A stretch of DNA of 64,000 bases from positions 31,081 to 95,080 of the forward strand of contig JBHLLO010000002.1 of assembly GCA_048885535.1 (NCBI GenBank), read 5' to 3'. The stretch is from Candidatus Hermodarchaeota archaeon. Lineage in GTDB: Archaea > Asgardarchaeota > Lokiarchaeia > Sigyniarchaeales > SOKP01. Position numbers and translations under genes: made by a program. Under the pieces are notes generated by a model. That model saw only the letters and a list, made by a program, of their open reading frames with translations. It was not told the DNA's origin and did not search any database. Positions 1-9,547 of this stretch are shown piece by piece (position 1 is the stretch's first letter; each line of letters begins with the position of its first letter).

Positions 1-581
1 TTTTGTTTATATTGTTCTATTAACTGTTTGTCAGTATTTGGGGGAATTTGGTTTAAATTTTTATTAAGTTTTTTATTAATTAAGATTTTGTAAAATTTCG
101 AGGCTTTTTTTATAGTTCTCAAAAAGATTGAATACTGATTTAATGATTCGGTTATATCTATCCATTCATTTAGCCCTACAGAAGGAATAAATGATATTTT
201 CCCAATAATTTTGGATACGCTTTTAGTTTCTATTAGATTTACTCCGATTTTTTTTGTAATATTTTCATCGAGTTTTACGACCATTAGTTTTTGTTTAACA
301 CTTTCTTTATATTTCTTTATTAAACTATCCTTGTAAAATTGGTGTAGATTTAAGTTTTCTTTTAAAGCCTTATTTAACTGTTCGTTTATGTTTTTTATGA
401 TTTCTAGTAATTCTTCATACTGATTAATAATGTTATCTTTAATAAACACTTCTGTGAGAGTGGTTTTTTTTTCCATCACTTTTCTTTTAATTTCATTTAA
501 TCTATTAAGATTAATTTGAAGATCTTCAATGGGAGAGCTAAATTCCTTAATTTTTTCAAGATTAAATAATGATGGTTTCAT
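1..581 (-). CDS. Hypothetical helical protein, partial (runs off window start); last visible gene of the AAA-ATPase operon
   Basis: Manual translation: open frame from ATG at 581 (MKPSLFNLEKIKEFSSPIEDLQINLNRL...) to base 1; an in-frame ATT at 608 could be the true start. Absent from the ORF track. Confidence 0.75.
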   Translation of the reverse strand, partial: MKPSLFNLEKIKEFSSPIEDLQINLNRLNEIKRKVMEKKTTLTEVFIKDNIINQYEELLEIIKNINEQLNKALKENLNLHQFYKDSLIKKYKESVKQKLMVVKLDENITKKIGVNLIETKSVSKIIGKISFIPSVGLNEWIDITESLNQYSIFLRTIKKASKFYKILINKKLNKNLNQIPPNTDKQLIEQYKQ

Positions 582-627
582 GTTTTTTAGGAAATAAGAT
601 TCATTAATTACCTTTCTCTATAGAAGA

Positions 628-1737
628 TTAGATTTCCGGAGGACCTTCAATTTTCATTGATTTATTTCCAGATCTATTTGTTTTTTCAGAAATTTGTTTA
701 ATATTACTTAAAATATCTTGACGTTCAACATGAATTGCCGTACCTCCAACCAATTTTAAAGCTTGATAAAACATATCATAAGTTAGAATCTCTTTATTTA
801 TAGCCTTTAACAGGGCAACTTTAGTACCTCGTTCAATATCAGAACCTGAATATCCATGAGTTAATTTCAAGATACCATTTATTTTACTCTTTTTTTTTAT
901 TTCATCCCAGAGGGTATTACTTTCAAATTCAGAGATTTTTTCTCCAATTTTACGCTTTAAATCTTTTTCTATGTTCTGTAATTCATCATATTCTTTATCT
1001 AAGTTCACATATATGGATTCATCAACTCCTATTTTGGCATTTTTTATCTTTTGTAAAAATGAATCAATTATTTGCTTTCGCAAATGAAAGTCAGGAAAAT
1101 CAAATTTGAGATGAAATGTGAATCTCCTCCAAATAGCGGAATCTAATTGATTTTGATGATTAGTTGCTCCAAATATAGCAAGTGGAACACCTTCGTAGTT
1201 AATTCTATCAATGACCTGTAAAAATGATATTACAGCTCTTTTTATTTCTCCTACTTCATGGATATTTGATCTTTCAGATCCAATGGCATCAATTTCGTCG
1301 AAAAATAAAATAAAAGCAGACCTTTCTCGAGCAATTTCAGCAGCTAAATCTACAACGCGTCTTATTTGTTTAATTGTGTCTCCTAAGAGAGGAGAGACTA
1401 ACCTGTCAGTTTCTACTACACATATTGGTATGTCGAATTTTTTTGCAAATCCTCTTGTTAATGATGTTTTACCAGTACCTGGAGGTCCGTATAAAAGGAC
1501 GGTTAAACTTGGATTTAATTTAGTTGCTTTTAGTTGTTCAGTAAATTCATCGTATTTTTTTAAAGCGTTGAAAAAGTCATTTAATATTTCTTTTTTTAGT
1601 TCATTACCTAAAATATCTTCAACATTTTCTTTGATATCATAAGGAAAATATACTGCACCATATTTACCTATTCTATCTTTAATAACATCATCTGTGTATG
1701 TAATCTTTTTCTCGGCTTCATTTTTTTTATTACTAAT
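628..1737 (-). CDS. AAA+ ATPase (~369 aa), probable ATT start
   Basis: The frame of track ORF 628..1083 is open upstream to a TGA at 1744-1746. It encodes Walker [11 protein letters not shown], Walker B ILFFDEIDAIG and SRH GATNHQNQLDSAIWRRF. No in-frame ATG/GTG/TTG lies upstream of 1083; ATT is at 1735-1737. Confidence 0.88.
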   Translation of the reverse strand: MSNKKNEAEKKITYTDDVIKDRIGKYGAVYFPYDIKENVEDILGNELKKEILNDFFNALKKYDEFTEQLKATKLNPSLTVLLYGPPGTGKTSLTRGFAKKFDIPICVVETDRLVSPLLGDTIKQIRRVVDLAAEIARERSAFILFFDEIDAIGSERSNIHEVGEIKRAVISFLQVIDRINYEGVPLAIFGATNHQNQLDSAIWRRFTFHLKFDFPDFHLRKQIIDSFLQKIKNAKIGVDESIYVNLDKEYDELQNIEKDLKRKIGEKISEFESNTLWDEIKKKSKINGILKLTHGYSGSDIERGTKVALLKAINKEILTYDMFYQALKLVGGTAIHVERQDILSNIKQISEKTNRSGNKSMKIEGPPEI

Positions 1738-1763
1738 AAAATCTCATCTCTTTTTTTTGTAAT

Positions 1764-3080
1764 TTAATTATTTTTTCTTTCTTTTTCAAATTTTTCACAA
1801 TATTCTGCAATCTCAGATATAAGGTTTTTCAGATTATCTATTTCAGCGCCCATAAAATTAAAAATTTCCTTTCTATATTGGGGTGAATCTCTGATTTTCA
1901 TTTTATCTAATCCTAGATAATTTGGAAAACAAATTAATTTCATTAAATAAGGAAGGACCTTCTCATTTGTTTGTAAATCTTTAAATATAGGATAAAAAAT
2001 ATTTTCATCAGACAGTTTCCATTTTAAAATCCCCATATAAATTAGGAAAGCAAAATTCATTGAGATCCAATTAATTAATTCTTTTGATAAAAAACCACGC
2101 CTTTGGGAAGCAAAAGCCAAGTAATAGAGAAATAATGTCTCATTACTAAACTGTGGATATAATCGTAAAATTCCATCTGATTGTTTATTTTCACGTAAAA
2201 AATTATTATCAATTAATATATTTACAAGATCTTCATTAGGGGCCAAAAAAAGATTATCTATTAAACGCAAGCCTATTCGTTCAACGATACTTTGTATTGC
2301 TTCTTCTTCAGCACTTGCAATCGAATCAATATAAGGTAGAAAAACGTCAACTTTTAATATCATTGGAAGCTCATAATTATCTTTTTCTGGATATGCCCCA
2401 AAATTCGGATCGAGATTAAAAAGTGAAGTTATATTATTTAAAATTTGAGATACCTTAGGTGATAAGGAGGGGATTTCAAAAACATCTGTATTTTCTAATT
2501 TCTCTCTATAATAGGTGTGTGATTGTATAATATGGCGTTGACAATCAAAAAAATTTTGAGAAAATCTTAATAACTTTTCATAAATGAATTTTAAATTTGC
2601 TCCTCTTGGAAATAATCTTTCTTCGATAAATTTTACTAAATTGAATAAATATGTAATTTCTAGATTTCTTTCATCTGGATTTGTGATGTGCCTTAAAATA
2701 TTTAAAGCATCTATGGATTCATAAAGAAAATCTACAATGTAATCTTTAATATCAATTATAGGTATTTCATTTCTATATTTCATAATAAAATCCTTAATAA
2801 TTTCATAAACATTTGTTCTATACATTGCTGAGAATTCTGATAATGCTCTTACCTTCCGAATATTTCTTTTTTCTTCCTCTTGGCGAATTTTATCTAAAAT
2901 TTCAGTATCTAGTAAAAGGTCTGCATCTAAATCGATAATAATTCTCCGAGTCTCTCTAAGGATTGGTCTCATATGACTAATAAAAGTCAAATACCTTGGA
3001 AGTAAATCTGTCCATTTTTCTCTTTTTCTTCCTGGTTTTACTGTTCTCGTTGATTTCTTTTTATAACTTATTCCAATCAC
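1764..3080 (-). CDS. Hypothetical protein (438 aa, helical, possible winged-helix segment)
   Basis: Long ORF, GTG start, operonic spacing; no recognisable catalytic motif. Confidence 0.8.
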   Translation of the reverse strand: MIGISYKKKSTRTVKPGRKREKWTDLLPRYLTFISHMRPILRETRRIIIDLDADLLLDTEILDKIRQEEEKRNIRKVRALSEFSAMYRTNVYEIIKDFIMKYRNEIPIIDIKDYIVDFLYESIDALNILRHITNPDERNLEITYLFNLVKFIEERLFPRGANLKFIYEKLLRFSQNFFDCQRHIIQSHTYYREKLENTDVFEIPSLSPKVSQILNNITSLFNLDPNFGAYPEKDNYELPMILKVDVFLPYIDSIASAEEEAIQSIVERIGLRLIDNLFLAPNEDLVNILIDNNFLRENKQSDGILRLYPQFSNETLFLYYLAFASQRRGFLSKELINWISMNFAFLIYMGILKWKLSDENIFYPIFKDLQTNEKVLPYLMKLICFPNYLGLDKMKIRDSPQYRKEIFNFMGAEIDNLKNLISEIAEYCEKFEKERKNN

Positions 3081-3088
3081 CTAGATTA

Positions 3089-4228
3089 TCATTCTTCTTT
3101 ATATCCTACTAATATTTCAGTTAAAATATTTCCTATACTAATGAATATAGGTATTTCTACTCTAACTAATTGTCCAAGGATCCATTTATTAACATCTTTG
3201 ATTAAAAATCGTATTTGATTTATTATTTTTTTATTCACTTCAGAATCTATTATTTTCGACATCCATAAGCCACCCCCTAACCTATATGCAACTATTTTAA
3301 TAAGAGGAGCGAATAAGAATTCCAATACCTGCTTCATCATCCATGACTTTGGAATTATACTCATATTCGACTCATCAAAATTTGGATCATTTAAGATAGG
3401 GCTTGTTTCATCAACTGTAATCTTTGGTAAAAAACTTAATAGCAATATTAAAGCAAATATCGCAGAGATCCCATTAATAGTATAAGTTCCTCCAATCTTT
3501 TCTATATCATCCCGATTAATTGCTATATTAGCTAAGAACATACAAATAAACACGTTTCTATCGAATTCTTCAGAAACATAAGCATAACCTAATTCTTCAT
3601 CGATTGATAAATATTTCTCCTCTAGAATTTTAATTATATCATCAGGAAAAGTGTAAAAAGTATATATTCTTTTTTGACTAGATCTGATATCTTTTTCTAC
3701 AATAAGTTCTTTTGATATTAAACCAAACATATCTATAAGTTCTTCAAGTTGCTTTTTCACATAATGTTTAGGTTTATTAGGATTTCCAAACATAGCATAG
3801 AATTGATGATCTACAATATGAAAGTCATTTCTCTTACTAAATGCTTCAACCATTCTATCTATTATTGGTCCTTGAGTTCCAGTTGCTATTGCCTTTGCTT
3901 TAGAAGTTACAAATCCATTTAACAATTCGTTAATAATGAAGTCTTGTTCATGAGTTCTTGACTTTAAAATTTTTTTAAAAGCTTCTGAAAAATTCTTTGT
4001 ATTTGGAAAAAAAGTATTTTGAATCTTATCATTAATAGATTTTATAAATATCTCTCCATTATTTTTAGGAAAAATAAGTTTCATATCATTCAATCGTTGT
4101 ATTAAAGCTACTTTAGCACCTGGAATGTTCTCAATATCTCTATTTTCAAGGCGCTCTATTGCATTTTCTAAACTCTTCTCAAAATCTAAAAGCAATTCTT
4201 TCCAATTTGGGTCTTGAACTTCAGACAT
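3089..4228 (-). CDS. Hypothetical protein (379 aa, possible central winged helix)
   Basis: Long ORF; segment HYVKKQLEELIDMFGLISKE...RIYTFYTF has a wHTH-like helix/wing pattern (inference). Confidence 0.8.
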   Translation of the reverse strand: MSEVQDPNWKELLLDFEKSLENAIERLENRDIENIPGAKVALIQRLNDMKLIFPKNNGEIFIKSINDKIQNTFFPNTKNFSEAFKKILKSRTHEQDFIINELLNGFVTSKAKAIATGTQGPIIDRMVEAFSKRNDFHIVDHQFYAMFGNPNKPKHYVKKQLEELIDMFGLISKELIVEKDIRSSQKRIYTFYTFPDDIIKILEEKYLSIDEELGYAYVSEEFDRNVFICMFLANIAINRDDIEKIGGTYTINGISAIFALILLLSFLPKITVDETSPILNDPNFDESNMSIIPKSWMMKQVLEFLFAPLIKIVAYRLGGGLWMSKIIDSEVNKKIINQIRFLIKDVNKWILGQLVRVEIPIFISIGNILTEILVGYKEE

Positions 4229-4249
4229 TTTTTAAATTATTTTTTAAAT

Positions 4250-5209
4250 TTAATCAATATTCCAATTCATTTCTATAGATACTTTATTTAGAGCATTTAT
4301 TAGAGGTTTTATTAACTTTTTATCAAAAATGTTAGGGGAAGCCATACCTTTCTGAGTTTTCCAACCCATTTGAACACCCTCACCCATTTCTCTTTTACCA
4401 AATTTAATGAAATTAGTTAGATCTCGAACCCACCAATAAAATCTTAACCACTTTTTGTTTGGATTATCTTTGGAATAGATAATTGCGAGAGCTTTCCATT
4501 CTCCAACTAGCCACTTTACTGTAATACCACTTATAGGCATGTAATAATTAATTGGAAAGTTACTATGAAAACTTAGGTTTAGATCTGACGGTGGTATACT
4601 AAAAATCGGTTGATTATATCCCTCTAATATCACAATTTCAGAGCAATTTTGACAAATATAATGTGATTTATTTTTCTCCATCTTATTCTGGCAATTCGGA
4701 CATGTTCGATTCTCAATAATTCGGGCTTTAATTATATCTAAATTTCTTTCTTTTTCTAATTCCTCCTTAGTTTTTTGTTTAGATTTACCATATTTTCCCC
4801 TCCAGTTCCAATTTTCATCGAAAGCATCATCGATCTTTTTTAAAGCAATGATAATATTTCTAAGGACTTCTCTATTATAAATTTTAATTAATCCAGCATG
4901 TTGATAATTTTTCCACCATGACAATCTTATATATCTTTCTTTATATGAACTTTCACAAATTAAAACCGCCATAACGTAATTAGAAGTTTTGGAAACAACT
5001 ATTCCCTTTTCACAAACTTCGAAATCTTTATTCAAACTAAGATTTTTATGAAAATATTCACCATCTTGAAACTCACCCTCCGCAATCACTTTTTTTTGTT
5101 CTTCTTCAACTTTTTCATCGGAATGCTTTAATATTTTTCTGCATTGAGGACATTGAAATATTCCAGCAACTAAAGGTTCCATATTAATATTACATGAAGG
5201 GCATTTCAA
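4250..5209 (-). CDS. Tandem (Zn-ribbon + PC4-like) x2 protein
   Basis: CPSC..CPQC and CPNC..CQNC ribbons, each followed by a similar unit (YIRLSWWK / WLRFYWWVR, then a terminal helix); TTG start. Confidence 0.7.
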   Translation of the reverse strand: MKCPSCNINMEPLVAGIFQCPQCRKILKHSDEKVEEEQKKVIAEGEFQDGEYFHKNLSLNKDFEVCEKGIVVSKTSNYVMAVLICESSYKERYIRLSWWKNYQHAGLIKIYNREVLRNIIIALKKIDDAFDENWNWRGKYGKSKQKTKEELEKERNLDIIKARIIENRTCPNCQNKMEKNKSHYICQNCSEIVILEGYNQPIFSIPPSDLNLSFHSNFPINYYMPISGITVKWLVGEWKALAIIYSKDNPNKKWLRFYWWVRDLTNFIKFGKREMGEGVQMGWKTQKGMASPNIFDKKLIKPLINALNKVSIEMNWNID

Positions 5210-5211
5210 AA

Positions 5212-6312
5212 TTAATCATCACTCCCTATAATGATAGCTCTCTCATAATCTAGATTTAAAAGTTTAATATCTTTTTGGGATAGTTTAGAAATTTCATTAT
5301 TAATTTCAACCAATTTTTCTCGAAGAGATAATAAAGATTCTTGAATTTCGTCAACAATATTTTCCTCATTATATGAGACTTTTTCAATGAAGTTTAGATA
5401 ACTATGTTTCCTACCCTTACCAGTGTAAATTCTTTTGATATCTACTAGATTTTTCTCAATATCATTTAATTTAAAACTAAAATTTAGCAACTCAAGTAAA
5501 GTCGATTTCCATTGTAAAAATAATTCGTTTTCTGAATCTATTTTTTCAAAATTAAATTTTTCTGGGAGTGTAATTTTATGATCTTTGAGATAGTTAAAGA
5601 TTTCCATGCTTTCTTCTATTGCTTTATATATTTTAGTCAAAACGGTTTTACTATTTAATATGGGTTCGAAAATGCTTATAAGTTTAGTGGTTTTATCTTG
5701 AATTTCTTTAAATCTTTTGAAAAACCCCTCTATTGTCATTTCTATTTTTACAGCGTGATACACATTACCAAATTGATCTAAAATATAATATAAATCATCA
5801 GATAAAGCATAATCATGATCTCCGATTTCATATATTAAAGAATGGATAACATTGGTAGATTCGCATCTTACACTCTTTAATTTAGTAAGAGCTAAATTGA
5901 AATTTCTTCTTAATATCGATTTGAATTTTTTATTTAACATTAGAAAGAGAGTATCATCTGGCACAGATATTGCATTTTTTTCAACTGTAATTGTTTCTTC
6001 CCCTAATTTTATAATGAAATCATCTTCCTTTCTATCAAATTCTCTTAAGGTTCGAATATTTTTGAATAATCCTAAGTCAATTGCAATCTCAATAAATTCG
6101 TTTGACCAAAATTTTGTAATATTACTTTTATAAATGTCATCTAATATTAGTACCCTCTCATACGATTCTATACGACTTTTTTCTTTCAAATCTTTAAATA
6201 AATCATTCCTGATAACATAAAGAAACAATATGATATATCTCGTATCCAGATCGTCAAGGATTTTTTCAATTAAATTCCTATCGTGCTCTAATGATAAATC
6301 TCTATGTTCCAT
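5212..6312 (-). CDS. Hypothetical protein (366 aa; possible wHTH followed by coiled coil)
   Basis: Long ORF, first gene of the operon; heptad-rich C-terminus. Confidence 0.8.
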   Translation of the reverse strand: MEHRDLSLEHDRNLIEKILDDLDTRYIILFLYVIRNDLFKDLKEKSRIESYERVLILDDIYKSNITKFWSNEFIEIAIDLGLFKNIRTLREFDRKEDDFIIKLGEETITVEKNAISVPDDTLFLMLNKKFKSILRRNFNLALTKLKSVRCESTNVIHSLIYEIGDHDYALSDDLYYILDQFGNVYHAVKIEMTIEGFFKRFKEIQDKTTKLISIFEPILNSKTVLTKIYKAIEESMEIFNYLKDHKITLPEKFNFEKIDSENELFLQWKSTLLELLNFSFKLNDIEKNLVDIKRIYTGKGRKHSYLNFIEKVSYNEENIVDEIQESLLSLREKLVEINNEISKLSQKDIKLLNLDYERAIIIGSDD

Positions 6313-6504
6313 GCCTAAAATCCACTAATTATGTTAAAATTATTATAATTCTTTCAGTTAAAAAGAGTAATTAACAGAATTAAACATTCCTAAAAAATCT
6401 TACGATTTCCTCTAAATTTAAATCAAAAAGAAAAAATTTTTTAGATTTGATTCCTAATTTCATAATAAAGTAGATTAAGAAAAATTCAATCATAATGATT
6501 TCAT

Positions 6505-7086
6505 ATGGGAAGAAGAAAAAGAAAACAACAGACATATAAAAGAGTTAAGAAAGTACCAAAAATATTTACTTGTCCTTCATGTGGAGAGAAGTCTGTAAAA
6601 GTTGAGGGGCTTAGAAAAGGCATAATTGCAACAGTTAAGTGTGGCTATTGTGGTTTAACAAAAGACGTATTAGTTAATTCAATATCAGAACCTGTTGACG
6701 CTTTTGGTGATTTTATTGATGTTTATTACGCTGATCAAGAAATGCAACGACTAGAGAGACGAGTTGAAAAGTTAAAAGAAGAAAATGCATGGGGTGAATT
6801 AGCTCTATGCTATTCAATTTTATCTGATCTTTGTAAAGTAAAGGCTGCGGAATTATTAGAAGATGAGGAGAACACGGATTTAGATGAAGTTAATAATTGG
6901 AAGCTAAGATCAGAAGAGTATAAGAAAAAAGAAAAAGATGCTCTTCATCAACTAGATCTCCTTGAAATGGAAAAAGGTATAAAAACTGATGAAGAATCGC
7001 TATTTTCTGAACATGATGAGAGTAGTATAAAAAAGGAGAAAAAAATTGATGATATCTTTGATGATCCTGGGTTTTTAGAGTTCTAA
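6505..7086 (+). CDS. elf1: Transcription elongation factor Elf1 with C-terminal extension
   Basis: MGRRKRK...PKIFTCPSCG...CGYCG...EPVDAFGDFIDVYY is the Elf1 signature. Confidence 0.9.
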   Translation: MGRRKRKQQTYKRVKKVPKIFTCPSCGEKSVKVEGLRKGIIATVKCGYCGLTKDVLVNSISEPVDAFGDFIDVYYADQEMQRLERRVEKLKEENAWGELALCYSILSDLCKVKAAELLEDEENTDLDEVNNWKLRSEEYKKKEKDALHQLDLLEMEKGIKTDEESLFSEHDESSIKKEKKIDDIFDDPGFLEF

Positions 7087-7094
7087 AATATAGA

Positions 7095-8801
7095 CTATTC
7101 TTTTAAGATTTTAGATTTGATATTCTGGGGGATATATTTCCATATTGGTAGTTTTAAAATAAAATCATAAAACTTTTTCCGATTTAATTTATTTTTTAAA
7201 ATAAAGTAACCCCAATTATAAAAAGCCAATCTATTGAAAAGGTGCATTAAATTTATACCAAATGGGTTATATTTTGAAGTTAAAAAGCTTGCAATGTAAG
7301 CACCTAACCTTTTTGTATGTGGAATGGATTCTGGATAAATCGATTCGGACAGTGGTCTATTAAATATTTCATAAATTGAAAATATTGGAATAAGTGCATC
7401 TAAAATTTTACTAACTTTGAGATCATAATTTTGACTATTAATAGAGTACATAGAGAGTTGATTTAGCTCTTTTATCGCAAAGTTAAAATAGCGTTCTTTG
7501 AAATTTAACCACATTTTTGCCATTAAATCCTTTATTTCAACTATTTCATTAAGGATCTCTTCTTCTTCAAAATCAAAGCCATATTTTTTTTCATAATATT
7601 TTAGACATAATAAAAAAATCGAATCTATTGATTCATAGTTTAATTCTTCATCATTTTTCTTGCCTTGAATTAAATACTTCATTTCTTCATTTGTTAAAGG
7701 ATGTAATGTATGAGTATATAGTGGAGTTGTCCATAATAGTTTCAAAATTTTTTCCATAACGTAGATATATAGGTTAAATTTCTCAATCTCAAAAAGTTTT
7801 TTAGAAGATTCAAGTATAGCCCATTTAAATCTTTTTGATCTATTGAAAAATAATTTTAGCTTATTATATCGGCTTAATCTACTTTTTAGATTTCTTTTTT
7901 CATTTTTATAGACTATAATTTTTTCAATTAAAATTTTTTTAAATGATATGAGTTTCTTAATATATGCATAAAAATCTATGTTATAGTTCTCATTCACTTT
8001 ATCATGAGGAATTAAAGGAATATTTAATATTTTTTTAGGCGGAGTTAATTCAATACTCATAGAGTGATCTCCAATTGAATAGGAAAAGTAAATTTCTTGA
8101 AGAACTTCATCTAATGATCTAAAAGTCCCAAGATTTTTTGGATCTTTAGTAAAATATCCATGTAAAAGAGTATCTATGCCTTTATAGACGTTGTTATTAT
8201 ATTCTGAGATAATTATTGACTCAAATTCCCCAGGGTGATGTCTTTTAATATTATATCTTTTGGATACTAAAAAGATTGCCTGGTTTGCTCTGTGGCATAC
8301 AGTGTGACTCCATTTTAAAATTGGTTCCAAAATTTTTCCATAAGTCAATATATATCCATAGAATTCAGGACCAAAATATATTGGAAAACCAAATCCACGA
8401 GATGTTGCAAATGTAAATTGAAAGAGGTGTCTTACTTTCTCCCCTTTTAATAATCCTGGGAATTTATAATGTAATACAAGCTTAGGATATAATGCATCAC
8501 AACCTAGATTCATCCAAGCTTCGAATAAAATGAAACTATCAGGAAATTCCGACGAATCTCTATTGTAAATTAAATCACTCGTTAATGTATCTAAAGCCGA
8601 TGGAAGTAAATAAAGCTTATCTCCTTTATAATTGATAGTTTCACGTATAAAAGGTTTTATTTGATTCTTTATTTGAGCTTTTTTATAATAATAGCGATTC
8701 ATTACTCTTATTAATGAAGGAATCTCTAAAATCTGCCTTTTGAGATCATGGGAAACTTTTATAGTAGAATAGCCTTGAATTTCATGTTTAGATTGCTCCA
8801 A
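7095..8801 (-). CDS. Hypothetical protein (568 aa)
   Basis: Long ORF, TTG start, no recognisable motif. Confidence 0.8.
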   Translation of the reverse strand: MEQSKHEIQGYSTIKVSHDLKRQILEIPSLIRVMNRYYYKKAQIKNQIKPFIRETINYKGDKLYLLPSALDTLTSDLIYNRDSSEFPDSFILFEAWMNLGCDALYPKLVLHYKFPGLLKGEKVRHLFQFTFATSRGFGFPIYFGPEFYGYILTYGKILEPILKWSHTVCHRANQAIFLVSKRYNIKRHHPGEFESIIISEYNNNVYKGIDTLLHGYFTKDPKNLGTFRSLDEVLQEIYFSYSIGDHSMSIELTPPKKILNIPLIPHDKVNENYNIDFYAYIKKLISFKKILIEKIIVYKNEKRNLKSRLSRYNKLKLFFNRSKRFKWAILESSKKLFEIEKFNLYIYVMEKILKLLWTTPLYTHTLHPLTNEEMKYLIQGKKNDEELNYESIDSIFLLCLKYYEKKYGFDFEEEEILNEIVEIKDLMAKMWLNFKERYFNFAIKELNQLSMYSINSQNYDLKVSKILDALIPIFSIYEIFNRPLSESIYPESIPHTKRLGAYIASFLTSKYNPFGINLMHLFNRLAFYNWGYFILKNKLNRKKFYDFILKLPIWKYIPQNIKSKILKE

Positions 8802-8940
8802 TTAACTCAGCTGTTAACTAGTCTTATAGTTTACTAATAATATTAAATGCTTATTTAATTATAATCTTAATTAAAATTCGAAATAAGAGATAAGAGTTAA
8901 TTGTTCCTAAATGTTAAAAGATTTTTAAGTGAAAATAAAA

Positions 8941-9405
8941 TTAACTTGGTGTTTTTCGTTTATTAAAAAGTTGTTTAAGTTCACTCATTATAGCTCCTCT
9001 CAAAGTTATTGGACTAGCAGGTCGAGCGGATCCTGGACCTCCAGGTGGACCTCCAGGGGGCGGTGGTGGACCTCCAGGGGGTGGACGAGGACTTCCTGCA
9101 GGTGTACCACTGGGTGGACCTCCAGGGGGTGGAGGAGCACTATTTGGAGCTTTTGGTGCGGATACTATAGGCGCTACGGTACCTCCAGTTGACTTATAAA
9201 TAGCTATTTCGTTACTCAATGTATTAACTTTAGTTTCTAATGTTGATAATTTTTGATGAATAGATGATAATGATTGATCTACTAAATCAGGAATTCTAAG
9301 AATCATAGACATCATTCTTTCGACAATATCTCCGAAAGCATTTAACTTTTCTTCGAGAGGAGCCTTTCTAGTTTCTTGCATGAAATTTGCGAATTCTTCT
9401 GCCAT
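8941..9405 (-). CDS. Coiled-coil + polyproline + amphipathic basic C-terminal helix protein (VASP/WASP-like architecture)
   Basis: Heptads LSSIHQKLSTLETKVNTLSNEI; APPPPGG/RPPPGGPPPPPGGPPGG; C-terminal LRGAIMSELKQLFNKRK. The CDS is secure; the function is inference. Confidence 0.75.
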   Translation of the reverse strand: MAEEFANFMQETRKAPLEEKLNAFGDIVERMMSMILRIPDLVDQSLSSIHQKLSTLETKVNTLSNEIAIYKSTGGTVAPIVSAPKAPNSAPPPPGGPPSGTPAGSPRPPPGGPPPPPGGPPGGPGSARPASPITLRGAIMSELKQLFNKRKTPS

Positions 9406-9547
9406 TTTTTTATCTCAATTTTTATAATTAAAGAATTATACAATAATTTTTCTAATAATTATATATCTGAATTATTTAATAAATTTAAGTCCGTGTGTAT
9501 TAAAACTATTTTGAGTAAAATTATAAAAAATATTAAAAAAAAAGAAG

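Noticed and set aside
1211-1642. 143-aa plus-strand ORF in the track
   Set aside because: Antisense shadow of the AAA+ ATPase Walker A/B region on the minus strand
8929-9192. Trp/Ser/Arg repeat ORF (WTSRG) on the plus strand
   Set aside because: Antisense reading of the Pro/Gly codons of 8941..9405
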